A DNA stretch of 64,000 bases from Ophelia neglecta (taxonomy: Eukaryota): contig OZ260667.1 of assembly GCA_965285935.1 (NCBI GenBank), positions 26,536,001-26,600,000 of the forward strand, read 5' to 3'. This document shows, piece after piece, positions 1 to 14,272 of the stretch. The position numbers and the translations under genes are program-made. The notes under the pieces are model-generated. The model ran no database searches. It saw only the letters and a list, made by a program, of their open reading frames with translations, and was not told the origin of the DNA. How positions within the stretch are numbered: the stretch's first letter is position 1; every line of letters starts with the position of its first letter.

Positions 1-3000
1 GAACACTGTCTGTTCGCATAGCAAATATACCCCTGGCTACTTTTTATGCTGCACGCTATTAAGGCGAGGCGTCCACAGAATAGTCGACGACCTTGCTGGC
101 TCCTGCCCTTGACAGAGTCTCAATGTATAATTGACGTCTCAATGCGCGTTCCCTGCATGTACAACTGTGCGCAATACTCAGAAATAGCGTCGCGTAATTA
201 GGTCAGCGTCTCGGCTTGAAGCTTCTTGCAGATGGACGCTGCTTTAATGGAAACCCCGCATAATGCTATGTTCTGCCAGACTCGCTTAGCGCAGGCAGCC
301 GACTCGGCGCAGTGTGCAACCTCTGAAGGAATTTTTGCCAGCTGCATGCGAATTGATGAAAGGCAGTCATGAAGGGATGACAATGGCACCTAGCTGCCCA
401 TGTCACCGATCAAGCGTGAGGCTGCTAGCTGCAAACCTCGATAGATAGGAAGCTGGTGTAAAAAACAAGATATCATTAACTGAGCTTGAATGGAAAAACT
501 GAAACCGCGAAGCAGTTAATCGATTGGCTCAAACTGGAGGTAATTGGATCAGTAAGCGTCCCGGGACCCTGTCGTGTCACGCTCTGCTAGTCTCCCGCCA
601 TTGTGGTGGCGCATGCCCGGTATAACTCGTTCTAATGTTGAGTTATATAACGCTTGTTTTTTAAACGATATTTTAAAGCGATAGGCATAACGATTGTGAG
701 TGCTGGATATCTTACCAAGGAATATCATATTGTATGACTATGCCAACATAAGTACTTTTTGTACTCTGCAAATATTGTAATTGAATGTCCGCCTTTTCAC
801 TCTCAGTTCATTTCAAATAAAATGTCCAAAGAGACAAGTGGATATATCGGGTCATTATAAATATTGTTATTCTTATATGCCTTATGCTAAAAATTAATTT
901 GAAGCTCGGTTGAATTATATTTCAATAGCCCTTAATATAAAAGCGATGAAATCCAAATTAATTTGAACATCAAACATTAAAGATCGGTTTAAAAATAGTT
1001 GACATTTTTCATTCGAAATGAAGAACCGAAATAGAAGAAGATAGCTCATAGGCAAGGCATACACTTTGCATTTGAGCATTCATATAGACATGTATAGAAA
1101 GAATTTGAAATTTTGATCATACACTCAATGCGCCTTGCCCATCGATGGAAACAATCTTGCGGAACGTATAGTAACAGTCATTCATAAAGTATCGCATACA
1201 CGCTTTGTTGGCGCCAAACCCACTGAGAGACGAGCCAGTTTTCCGTGCATATCGGGAGCCCTTATTTGTTTGCGGCGTCGTAAAAACGGAAGTCGGAAAT
1301 TGCCTTTATAGCTCAATCATTGGTAAAAATTGCATGCTGGGGACTTACTTTGGCTCAGGTGTGCCGAAATCAAGAGCTAAATTATTACCGTGACAGGAGA
1401 CTGCCCGACTTGCAATTAATCTAATGTCAGATAGGCCTCCTCAGCATGTAGTTGAAAAAAACAATACTGTAGTAGTCTCGTGATCATGATTGAAGCCAGG
1501 GAATGTAAAAGAAAAAACGGCCTCCAAGGTCAATAAATCCTGTTGGAAACGAGCGTGTAAACCTGAAAGGCTAGTCACATAATGGCTGTAAAAACCTTTT
1601 TCTAAAACATAACGACTTCTTCACTGTTCTTTATGAACATCTTAATAATGAAAAGACAGCTTATTTCATATGAAACAACTCAAGCACAAGGCCCCATCTT
1701 TCGCCAAGGCCTTTTCAGCAAATGCTGTTGCTTTGTCTCGTTTGATTTGATTCCCTAGGCAACAAATACGAGATCATAAAATATGTATAGGCCTGGTCGA
1801 CGTTTGAGGCTTGTCTGATCGTGTCCTTTTCAATGGAGTCCAAGTGATAAAGAGAATGAGACTTATTATGGGCAGACTGGTTATTGTGAATGCTGCAGAG
1901 TTCGGAAGCAGCAACATTTGTCAGAGTACATTCATTTCTAGCAGCTGTATCAGACTAATGTGCTTTTGTTAGAGAATAAAAGGCAAGAAAAGTGTGGCCG
2001 GTACCCTATTCCAATCCGTGTAATATCAAAAAGACTGAACGACATTTTAGACGTAGGCATAAGTCCTAACTCAATATGACATCGAAGAAATTTAATCTAT
2101 ATTTGTAGGCTCCTGCCTCAAGTTTCGAACTAACGTCAGAGAGTATTAATGTTTTCCATTTGTTCATGAAGACTCGCTTCTAAAACAAGTACTTACTCAA
2201 AAGTGTTTATTAGTTATTTACCGACGTGAGTCTTCTACACAATGTATAAACTAAGTCATTCGCCTCCCAGTAATTTCCTGTGCTAAATTGTATAAAGTAA
2301 TCGTTCACATTGTATCCCTATCAATGTGCTGCCTAAATAATTGTAAGGTGAAGGTCTTCTATGTTTTTGTCTTGTCAGCAGTATAAGGTTTTCCAAAATT
2401 TTAGGAACAACAGCCGATGTTTCTAGTTAATTGTATGTTTTATTTTATTACATTGTCAGATTACAATATTTATATTCAGATGTTCATACTATTGTGATAA
2501 TTATAACCTATATCGGTTGTTTGACCCACCATGTTCCTTTTTCCAATAAATACTATCACTATCACATGCAAACACTTCTTGCAAAAGCAATTCAAAGCGA
2601 CAGATAGTCAGTCACAAACTAGCTTTGCTAAAAGCATGTTGAATTAAGTAAGGGACGAATTCGATCTGAGGGAAGACGGACATTAAGGAGATCACACATT
2701 GATACAGCAAAGTGTTTTGGGTTTTTTCTTAGTAACTGTGTCTCTTTCCCCTGGCACCTTAAAGCTTCAGCCATTCCACGCCTGTGTTCTCGTGACACGC
2801 GCCATTGATTGATAGGCCATTAAAAACACCAATTTTAATATCAGCCGACAAGTTTCAACAGAACGCGCGCTATTTTGACCTTGACGAGTACGAAGTGGGC
2901 TTTGACGGTTATAAAATCTATAGACTCCTGATAAATATGATCCCATGTTGACGTTCTGTTTTCACCGATCGATAAAATGTATTTCCCCACAGGCCCGTTT

Positions 3001-3065
3001 TATGGTTTTATGAGCAGGTAGACGAACCACGTTGCAAAAATCAATCCTCTTTCAGCGGTGATCTA

Positions 3066-3548
3066 TCATAGCGCGGTTATGTTAAGTTCTCTATTATCGT
3101 CCAACGTCTGATTAGCATTACCGAACTGATCCACGGTTTTAGTGTCATAGGTCGTGAGCGTCCTGAACAGTGTTACTCGGATATAAAACATAGTAGACAA
3201 TGAAGCGTACACGATTGCACCGATTAATATTCCTACCATTGACAGAATCAGACCAGTTAAAAAAAAGCAGCGATGTCCACACCTAGAATTCTCATCGTGA
3301 TCTGGGTCACGCCTTTGCCGTATGGCAAGGGAGGCGTATGCGACGGCAAATATACCGACAATGGGCAGACAGAGGATACATTGAAAAATTGCAAGTGCCA
3401 ATGACAAGTAGTATCGTTTGGGAACGTCCCGAGGAGGCGCTTCCGTCAATTTCCTTATAACTTCCGGCGGAAGCGGTTGCAGTTCTTCTGGTGTGGCGCT
3501 TTCGTTTTTATTCTTCGTCAGTTTCGTTCTTACTGCGTGTGTGGTCAT
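3066..3548 (-). CDS. CD225/dispanin (IFITM/PRRT-like) membrane protein, 160 aa, single coding exon
   Basis: Acceptor tttcag|GAAAGAGCCATG (exon starts 3557) puts the start at 3548. Motif PKRYYLSLALAIFQCILCLPIVGIFAVAYASLA followed by a second hydrophobic helix FFLTGLILSMVGILIGAIVYASL matches the CD225 layout. Pro-rich N-terminus; C-tail sequons NQT and NIT. Confidence 0.72.
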   Translation of the reverse strand: MTTHAVRTKLTKNKNESATPEELQPLPPEVIRKLTEAPPRDVPKRYYLSLALAIFQCILCLPIVGIFAVAYASLAIRQRRDPDHDENSRCGHRCFFLTGLILSMVGILIGAIVYASLSTMFYIRVTLFRTLTTYDTKTVDQFGNANQTLDDNRELNITAL

Positions 3549-6500
3549 GGCTCTTTCCTGAAATAGAAACAGGTTGTATAGTCTTATAGGGTAACACCTG
3601 AGACCCAAGCCTTTTTGGCATAATGTTCCTTACACACAAAGTTCGCGAGAGTGGCACGAGCAAGAAATGCTAGTGAACATATTAGGCAAAGTGGAGTCTT
3701 ATATTAACATTACACTAGACGAAATATATTACGGCTAACATAGACTAAGTTCAAATTGTGAAAACAGCCATTATTGCAAGTGAAATACAGTCTCTTTTGC
3801 AGGGATTGAACAATTTCGCATGAATAATTAATAATAACATCAGTTAATTTATAAAAATATCTGATAGGCTGCCGTCTCAATTTACGATGTTTTCCGAAGC
3901 TGCACGCGTGCCAGCGTTAAATTATGACTTGGATGGCTGCAGGGTACATCTCTTGATCTGCCTCTCGATTTCGATTGCTATCTCTCGATCGCGAAGTGGA
4001 ATGGCAATTGGTGGCAAATTAAACAAATACAATTACGATTTAAACAATTGGAAGGTTTTCGGCCCATAGAATTGACGACAATGACAGTATGGACCTTTTG
4101 GTAGCGAAACGTAGAGCCATTGACATATCTCATTAGGAGAGTTGCTCTGTTGTGTGAGAGGGCACACAAATGTTAGCACAACATCCCATGTTATCAAACA
4201 CATGTCTAAAAAACACAGCCTTGTTTATTAGCTATTACCCCTCCATCCGCATCCCGGGTACAGCAAGATAGATGCATGTCGTGTCGTCTGTGCCTAGCGA
4301 GGAGATAATGCCTCCTGCAAGCGCTCAACTGGTGAATAATTGATCAACAATATATGGGTCCCGAAGGAGAACCACGCTCCAGTCACTCCACAATACAAGC
4401 TCTATCCAGGCTGTCAAATTCACATTTTACAACATTTATGAAATACATTATTTAATATACACGCAAAGCGGGACCGACCATAAAAACACATTTAGTGTCA
4501 ATGCTTATAATTTTTTTTTATTGCGTCATTTTCGTTTTCGGCAACGCCCTTAACCTGAATTGTTCGATTTCCTTTTTTAATCAACGAGCCCGTGCCTTTT
4601 TAACAATTAGTTGGTGCAGATAAACTCTGAAAGCATATTCCATTAATTTTATCCAACAAAACCGTATTTTGCGACGGTTGGTTGACTAAAATTGTGTAAC
4701 AGGAACCCCTAAACAATATAATCAAAAGTGCTTGTTCAAATTTTATTTTTACATGTTGGTAAAAACAGTTGGCATTCTTAACCGGAAGTCGCCAGTACCG
4801 CACTTTAGCTGATGTTTATTCCTTATTGGTATCTGAGTCCAACAGACAAGCTTAAGGCCAATAAGGCAGCAGAAGGATCTGGCCTCGAGGTTTGGCTAGT
4901 GCGATTAAGATGCTTGATGGCTGCAGCGTGTTTGCTAGCAGCCAAACAATGCTTTTAGATGCCAGCTTAACTAACAAGCGGTGCAGGGTCACATTTTCAA
5001 ATGAATCGTGTATTGACATCCTTACATGTGATTGGAGAATGTTCCTTTGACTTCGGCCTTAGCCATGATAATCCCATTGGTACTGAGTCTCGTTTTCGGC
5101 GAGCATGAATGCCATTAGACAGCAGTGGGCATGGGCGTGTGATTCAATATGCCAAGCGAGAGCCAGCGTCAAAAGCATAGGCCTATGTAATGTGGGTAAT
5201 GGCGGCTGGACTGCCTGTAAAGATAATCGCAAGTCCGGGATTCTGTAATACATTGAAAGCTCCGTAGAGACAGCTGAAGAAAACCACCGTATTGTACAAC
5301 AAGAGTTGGTCTGATTTTTTGTTTTGTCTTCTTTTTGTCCATCCGTTGTCCCTGTATTACTATATCCAATTTTCCAATCAGACTAATCTTTTCACCCTCA
5401 CCTTGCGACGCATCCTATGTTAGTCCGCAAGGACTGTCATTTTTTGGGCCCGTAAGCTTCACCTTATAGCATTCGAATGATAAATTTCGTATAACAATCA
5501 CTAGTTAGCCAAACTCATTGATTTCAATAATGTATCATTAACGTGAACAATATTCTACCCGTACCGGTGCTGGTGAATCAAAGAAGAATTGGGCCATCAT
5601 TGACTTTTAACACTTGCAAGGCAATGCTTTGCGAGGAGGGCAATGGCTAGTTTAGCCTGCAAAACCAAGAGCTGCATTCAATATGACTCGGCCATATCTC
5701 ACACCCTCGGGACCCTTCCCCGTCCTATAGTTATTGGAATTATCCGCACGAATAAGCCTCAGCTGGTCGGCAAACGAAGAGCAAGGGGGAAGGGAGGGGG
5801 GGGGGGGCTGCTATATAGAGCATATTTGACAGGCCTCGTTGCGTTTTTGCTGTAGAATAATCTCGTAAACGACTCATGAATCCTGAAGGCTGGTTTATTT
5901 TTGCTAGACGAAATAGCCAATCAGCCTGTCGGATGCAAAATAATCACATTTTAGAAAAGATAAGAGAGAATGGTGGTATAACCTGGCGTTACCCTTATGA
6001 AGTGGCATATTTGAGTGAATACCTCGTCTAAAATAGATCAAGTAGTGAGATATTAACAGCAAATTATAGACATCATTCAGCACAAAGGTTATGGGCATTG
6101 CTCTTTATTATACCAAAAGAATAATAATGACCCAAACGGAAAAAAAGAGAGAGTTTGCCGTTATTTATCGTCAAGGCAGCCGCTGATAGATGACTGCGTG
6201 AAAAAGGAAAGGCCATGTCGGCTTTCATGGAGGTGGAACTACAATATGAGTTTTTTGGCGGGCTTAGTGTGTTTCCAAGACATTTATAACCGAGCATGGT
6301 AGTGTATTGTGTTGAGAGAGACAGGAAGAATTGGTTTGCATTGGCTCATTTGTTGTACGAACTGCCAAGCTAGGCCCAACTAAGTAGACTGGTACATAAG
6401 GACGGATCTACAGGGAGGCTCAGTCGGTTTAGGACCCCATTATGGATAGGTGCTGATCCTTTATTGTGGAACCCGCCCCCCCCCCCCTCCCCTTCTTTAG

Positions 6501-9336
6501 GCAGTTCATGGGGAGGCAGTCTCAAGGGAAGGGTGTGGGACGACTCACCGCCCAACGAGTCGACCTGCCTAAATTGCTAGATCCCCCTCGGTTGCAAGGT
6601 TGCAACTAATGAACCAGAAGCATACAATGAACTGTAAGGGTGAAATCAATACCTAACAACTTACAGGACTGGAGTACGGTAATGTTGTCATCCCAAGAGA
6701 ATTTCTGATGAAAAGCGGTCCATATAGATTGTCATCGATCATTAAATTACTATAATTTGTATACGACTATAATAATGATTGTTGGATATAATCGATAATA
6801 ATGGTTTCTTAAAATCAATTTACGGTTTTCCCGAGTGGGCTTGGTCAAATGTCGATAAGACCGTCCAAAAATAGCTGCACCTGACCCGGGAGGCTAAATG
6901 ACGGTGGAAAGCTCTAGAACAGTAGGCCTGACAAGAAAGTCATCCATGCTTATGCGCTATTTGCCATCACAACATTGAGTAAATAAATGAGCGCCTATGA
7001 ACCGTCCATTGGCTGTACAAGGCGTAGCCGTAGCCGTGATTTATTACTGTAATGCACAGCAGCGCAAAAATAAGCAATGGAAATTATCTCGTAAAAGTCA
7101 ACTTGGGAAAGGGCTTTGAGCATTTAGATGGAAGCGCCTGATACATTCCTTAATAACCGCACATGCTGACGAATCATCCAGCAATGGCGTTCTGAGGGTC
7201 ATACCAAAAATCTAATAATCTAGGCTGATGGGAATTAGCTGTATTATACACTGGAACGAGGAATGTAAAGATGTCCAATACAGTAACCCCCCTGCAGTTC
7301 CCTGACGCCAGCTAGATTGCTCAGGCTTTTCGTACAGTCTGCTCACGTGTCAGGCGCTCTTCCGGTGTTCGGCTATCTACTTTAGCAGAAGGACGTGTGC
7401 TACTTGCTGTATAACCGCCGTCTATGCCCAACAATCTTTAAAAACTCCCTGATCGACCCCTTTTATCATCTCAAAGCCGCCCACTCCTACCTTTTATAGT
7501 CAAATCTGGTTCTTGTAGTGAAGTTCGGTGAGCATCAATATGCAGGTGACCTTGAATTTTCCCCTTTCGCAGTGCAAACCGTCGTTCTCCCTCTAGATCT
7601 TGTGCTCTGGTGGTTCGTCCGCAGATGATGACTTCCGAAGTCTGCAAATACTCCCCTGGCTTGTTTCCCGGTCAATAACAAGAGTGGGCTGCAGCAAATA
7701 AATGATTATCTCGACAGCACACTCACGAACCGTTTGGTTATCTTTAACGCGTATACAGGTCGACGACAAATTTAAACGAATTGAGTCCTGGAAAGTCGTT
7801 GGTCCAATCAGCCACACCCAGGGAATTATGAGCATGACAGGCGGCTTATATACTAAATTAATCAGGACTGCAGCTACCACAGCTGCCCTAAAAACGACTA
7901 CAGGCCGGTACTATGGCGTAAACACATTAGTTCTCTGTCGTTGATGTTTATGGACCCAGCAATAAGCACATTAATCCGGAAGGATGCAGCAGAAGGGTGC
8001 CGTTTGCAAAAGACACACTATCTTTTATAGAAACGATGAACTGAATCAAAAGACGAGCCCGAGCATTATACACCCAATCCCCGAACCGACAGCGCCATTC
8101 TAAATCAGTCAACCCATACATCTTCTCGGTTAAAATCGTCTTCCGGGCTTCAATTTGAGCTAATGGCATGTTTTATACACGGATCGATAGTATACGCCAT
8201 GTTAGGGTGACCCGAGTTCTACTGTGGACTCCCTCGGGCTCTACTGTATTACCCAATTAGTGAGTAAAATCATCGGCCGAGTATTGGAACAACAGTGGAT
8301 CCCCTCCTTACTCTAGTGGCTTGATAGCTGACTTAAGTCTTATCTAGTGAGCGGGTACATCACGGCAGTCAGCTTACATTTATGAATAATTTATTCATAT
8401 TTCCATTGAACCCACTATATAGGCACATTTAAAGACCACCCTACCATTTCCTGAAGGTCTTTGTCGGATTCCTGTAGGTTCTGCTTTGACCCTTACTCCT
8501 TCTGGCCCAAGACAACAGCCCCACCTACCGTCCCTCAAGCTAACTCACTTGTATTCCTTTTATTATTCATTTTATTATAAATCATGCCTGATGTGGCTCT
8601 ACTACTAAGATCGGTACTCAATAGATCTATATATCTATGCATTTGATTCAACAGTCGATTAGCCACGATCGTGTTATTGTGAGCCCTTAGTCGACTGGTG
8701 ATATGGCTTGCTCAAACACCCCTATTACAGAAGGTAAGAACGGCTAGGATTTGAGTCGGCCTTTATACGGATGTCTCGTGCTCAGACTATAAATGGCCGC
8801 CACCATCACTAAAATAGCTGGCCTCATCCTTGTGCTCGAGGAATGCAACCAGGCCTGCTTTCAGCAAGGCATTTACAAAGACTTTTATATCGATTTTTCT
8901 GTGAATAAAGGGCCATCTGTCTTCCTCCAGGGTTTGGGGTCAGTAGATAGCACTGTCACAAGGCTCTAGAGGTTAAAGGCCAACTCGTGAATAATAAATA
9001 TCCGGGCCCCACTGAATGCAATACCCTCAGTGAGTGTATAGAAGAAACCGAAGGATCGTTTTGGCTAAGAATACAGCTTTATTTCCAATTAGTCTTTAAC
9101 AAACCCTGTAAATAATGCACAAATTTCCGAATGTTTTTCAGAAAGGCACGGGCATTGTCTTTGCATGGTATGGCGATGCAATTTTTTAGATGCATTAGGT
9201 TCGAATTATGTCTCGCGCCATGGTTGTGTCCTAGCTAGATAGTTGCAAAGCGTATAAGCGCATATCTCTAGTCACATATTGGCCAATATGTGATTGCTCA
9301 ATTGTCCTGCGATGCACAGACTGCATAGGAGGGCTG

Positions 9337-12300
9337 TCAGGTGACAGTAGTATTCCGCTCAACTTTCTCATAGTCATGGCCAGTTTCCTCCTGCTCGTCT
9401 GTCCCTAAAGTGGTATAGCCGTCGCTGTCATCCTTATCGTCTTGGAGTAGTTGATAACTGATGGATCGGATTTCATCCACTACCGCTTTGGACTGGTCTG
9501 TATAGAAATGCCACAAACCCTCGCCAGTTGGCGCCATACGTCCTGCTTCAATCGTCACCAAATTATCGGCTTGGCCATACTTACGGATAGCTCTGAAATA
9601 GAAATAGCGACACAAAATAGAAAAATTAACAGCAATTTATACTCGCAAACCGAAAAATCTTTTTGTATCCCTGAAACCGGCAGCAAATCTAATGCGAAGT
9701 TAGAAATTCACAACGCATGTTGAAAACAATAATTTATTTATTATGTAAACCCTTTCAATCAAAAAACCATATAGGCAAACCGTAGAGGCCAGTGGTTGAT
9801 AACATTGCCATCTTCTGTCTTGAGATACACGCCCCTTTTCTGGATATTTAGCACACAGGCCTTTCCTACCATATCACATCTTAACGACTGTGAAGTCTCG
9901 GCCACGAGCACGCCGAAAGTCATCCCTGTAGTAATACAGTAGATCAAACGATTAAAGAGGAAATGATAAGGCCAACACACATCGCAAACACTGGCTCATT
10001 ATGTGGAGAGGCGGGAAGAGTTAAAGGCTTGCGGATCTGCCCCCCCCCCCCCTCCTCCAACAAACACTCATATTATTTTGTTTGCGCGTGACAGGAAAAA
10101 GCTAGAGTAGAGGAGAGGAGTCACCCTTATCCCATAGCCCCACAAAAAATCTATCCCCCACTCCCGCCCCACCCATCTTCATGCTCTTATTCCATCCGTA
10201 TTTTTGATAATCCTATATCCACTCATGCAAACGAACAGGAAAACACTATAGCCTTGGCTTTGCAAACATCGGTCGAGTTCTTCCCATGCGAATTTCTCAA
10301 GGCTAAAGTACCTTCAAACATGGGCTAATGTTGAAAATTGCATAGGAAACACAATTCTGCTTTCAAGGACTAAATTAAGTGATGAAACACGAAAAAAAGT
10401 GGAGGGAACAAACCTCTTTTTGGCATTTTCATCTTCTTAAAGCTAAGGTTAGTTGGTCTGGAAATCGGTCGGAGTCGGTCCAGTTGCTTTTTGGCGACCA
10501 GGATGGTCTCATACCAGACATCTATGTCCTTCTTTTTAGGGGTTTTGAGTATTTTTTGGTTGACCATGAGCCCGTCACGTGGGTAGAGCACCATCCTCTT
10601 CCCGGATTTATGTTCTTCCAACTCAACCGTAGCTAGATCCTCTAAAAAAAACGCCTTCCGCTTCCTGCTAACCGTTCTGAAACATTGTCTTTATTCTCAG
10701 TATCAAGATTTAATGTACATATATCAGGGGTTGTTTTGGCAATAGCAATCCACTAAATATTAGGTTCTTGGAATTTACAAATGGAAAATAAATAAAGAAC
10801 TCATTCTGCTTCTTGAAGGTGTGGATTGGAAATAAACATTAGGAATATTGAATTTGGTATAAAAATAACCCTTTATTAATCTTTCCAAATCTCGAGTGTC
10901 CATGCAGGAAAACACAATGCCCTGTTAATTTTCTTTGCTTATTTAAACCAAAATATGTCAAGTTCCACACACCAAAGCTGTCGAGATGAAAGTTAATCTT
11001 AATCACATATGTATACTTGTTCATTGATAGAACACATTCTATTCAAACTTAAGTAGGGTTGACCCACTTGGCTTCCTCGAAGTCTGATCGGTACTCGTAC
11101 CACTCCAGTCGCGCGCATGAGCAGTCCGTCTGCCCCCACAAGACAAAATATCGGTTCACCCAGGACTCCTTAAATGAATAATAAAAGGATTCACTCTTTG
11201 CTGATTCATATATAAGATCCAGTCCGAGAAACATCACAGTATGTCTTTGGTTGATGCTATGCTAGTAGACGTTTAAAGCCTGTGCTTGGTTGCATAATTG
11301 CTCGCCTGCCTGTTTAATTGATGGATGGATTGCCTGATGTACTGATTAATTGATGGATTGATATATTGATGAATTGATTGGGTTTTCATGTTAAGGGGCT
11401 AGAAGCTAAATAACATACAGTATAATTATAAAAGTTATAAAAGCGACACATTCAAGCAAATGGTATTTATAATATAGCTTCTGAGATAAATTTAAATATT
11501 GGGTAAACATGACGGCAACGAAAAAATAATGATATTTATTAACACTGCAATAGTCAGCACTGTGAGAAGTATTTTACAGCAATGGATCATATGCTCCATG
11601 GCAATCCTTTTACCACAATGGCAGTTCACTTCTCTTGCTTTGGTATAGACGGGTCAACTAATAACTATCATCAAAAACGTGTCCCCGTTAATATAAAGAA
11701 TAACAAAAATAATTCACATTCTTATGCAGAACGAATGAGTCAACATGATTGTTGAGTTTTACTCATTAGAAACTGCCCAAAAGGCATTTTTCTAAATTCC
11801 ACAAATTTATTCTATTTTCCCAGTACACAGAATTAAAACAAATTACAGAAACAGAAAGGAACGGCTAACAGTTGCCGTATACAAGACCATCAGGCCTAGG
11901 GTAATATATTTTTTTTATTTAAATATACAAAAGTACTATGTCCTGAATAGAGATAAAGAATATAGGTGATATAAAAATAAACTCCGATCCAGTTTCGCCA
12001 AAGCAGAGGGATATCACCCTTAGAATATAGATTTGATTAATAGAAATGATCTTAGAAACAATATGCATGTTTGTTTGAAAGTTGTTATGAGTATGAATCC
12101 CAGTGTCCCTAAATTGTATATCACGTATGACCTTATGACAGCTGTGCATGATGTGTTTACAACACTACAGGACACTATCATGACTATGGTTCATGTGCAT
12201 TTGCTATTGTTTTCGAATATAGACCTGACAACCCCCTATTTTCGTTCACAATCTGGGACCATCTTCAGTTGGTTAGTACAGTCTTGGTATTATATCACTT

Positions 12301-13376
12301 GACTGTCATACTAGATGAGCGAACCGACCATTGGACAATATTAATAAGATTAAAATGTACAAAACTACGTGTTATATATTTTCTAAATCGTAAATCTAAA
12401 AATATAATGGTAACTATTTTGACATAATTTTTCAGTGTCGTACGGAATTTCTGGGCGCACTTTTGTATTTGAAATAGAAAATGACACTTTATACGTAATA
12501 AGTAGTTGATGGGACGGAAACCTAAGGTGATTTTTTATTCTATTCTGCCAGAGACATGGTTATGGTTAACTAAGTCTCTGAAAGCAGTGGTAGCCAACTT
12601 ATAAATTATGCGACCTACATCATACATTTTATTTTCCTTTATGCAGTAGATCAAATACTTTAATGTTTAAGGTAATGAATTGTTAGAAAGGACGTTACGA
12701 ATGGTCTCCTCTCAATGCTTTAGATTCTCCAATGTTTTTAATGCTGTGACATCTGAACGGATAATAGGGTCACATAGTTATTTATTCAATAGTATCTGGA
12801 TAGTAAGTGGGGCGTAGTAGAAACACGTTTTAGAAGATCTGCTACAAACAAATAATACCACACCAAGCTGTACTTTGTTGGCCTATAGGTGTAGGCCGAT
12901 AGAGCAGTGCATGGTGCATGCAAAGAATTACCAATGATTCGAAATTAAGGGAATCGGTCGATTTTAACGAAATGGCACTTTAGTGGGCTTTATTTAAACC
13001 AATATTACACCTAAGCAGTCATTCTTGGGTGAACAGCAATAGGCCTGTGTAATAGTTGTGCAGTTTTTCCCCAGTGTTAACCTACCATGTGTAAAGCTCG
13101 GTAATGAAAGTGCAGGCATGTAAACACTGTACACATACACACATACACCCACATAGACGAGTATTCGAAACGTATTAAATTAAAACTTTAAGATCATTTT
13201 ATATTACCGTTTTTTTGGCAAGCGTGTTATGTTTCCTTGATCTGCCACCGAAGAAACAAGATGGCTATACTAAGTTAGGTCTAAAACTACTATGTGAACA
13301 AACCTACCTTTTCGGCTGAGGGACAAAGGAAGGACATGTATCCTTCTTTAAGCGGCGGTGGTTTACTGGCGGCCAT
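9337..13376 (-). CDS. Dok/IRS-family adaptor (PH + IRS-type PTB), 5 coding exons, 277 aa
   Basis: Exons 13376-13308, 11168-11068, 10676-10414, 9925-9781, 9592-9337 join in frame through GT-AG introns (834 nt). PH motifs LKEGYM, WVNRYFVL, RLEWYE, DVWYETI; PTB motif HWPLRAIRKYG..NLVTIEAGRMAPTGEGLWHF, typical of Dok proteins. Confidence 0.88.
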
Positions 13377-14272
13377 CCTATTCACTCAAGTTTTACTGTT
13401 CTTGTGACGAGTTCATTCAGGTCTTAATCTGGAAATCATATTAGGACAATGTTCTGTAATAGTACTTCAATTTCAACAGAAACATGTTTACAGACTGTGT
13501 TTTTTCGCCCTGAAAATGAATTTAGTATAGGGACGCCTCATTCAGTATGTATACAAATACTGCGATGAAACTCACCAGGAAGTTAAACACCGATCACACG
13601 ACCAACTAGGCCCATGTAAAGTGACAAAATTTCTATACATAGAGCTAGAGATTCTCAACTCGGAGGGCGCGGTTCAGTGATCTGGCCTAATATCAACGCA
13701 AGGATTCATACTACCGGAAAATGAAATAATAATTCACAGTGCTTTGGTTATAATCATGTTTGCAATTGATATACACAGCTCAATTGTAAGAAATTAAGTA
13801 CCTAGACTTTGGTGCCCGGTGTTTTCGTATACATGAAATTGACTCTTCATACTATTTAAAACATTGTTATGACGTCACGCTATTCATTCGCAAGTGGATT
13901 CGTAGGCACGAATCCATCGTATAAGTTCGCGTGACTGATTTTCCCTTGTTGTGTACGAATACACTCTTAGACGGCTTTCTACGAATCCACTGTACATTTG
14001 CACAATGTTTTAAGTTATGGGGAATTGCAAAGGATAAATGGATTCGTAGAGTCCGAATTGCCTCGCGCTGACGCGTTCCGCAATCCGGATCCACCAATCC
14101 ATCTTTTCTTGGCAACTCCCCATAACAGACTGTTCGCAGCAGAAATTCCCGGACCGTTCGTCTACAGTACCCAAGACCTTTCGTCTTAAATTTTTTGATT
14201 TGTACCCTGGCCTCTCGTTTGGAGGTCGTTTCATACTCACAATTGAACTCCATAAATAATGATGATGTGTGC

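Noticed and set aside
3549-3608. N-terminal extensions given by the ORF track (also 20180-20281 and 32643-32678)
   Set aside because: They run through polypyrimidine/AG acceptors, so they are intron or UTR.
1-8300. GC-richer stretches with short ORFs (198-389, 7593-8169) that may be decayed transposons
   Set aside because: No recognisable motifs, termini or splice-consistent exon chain.
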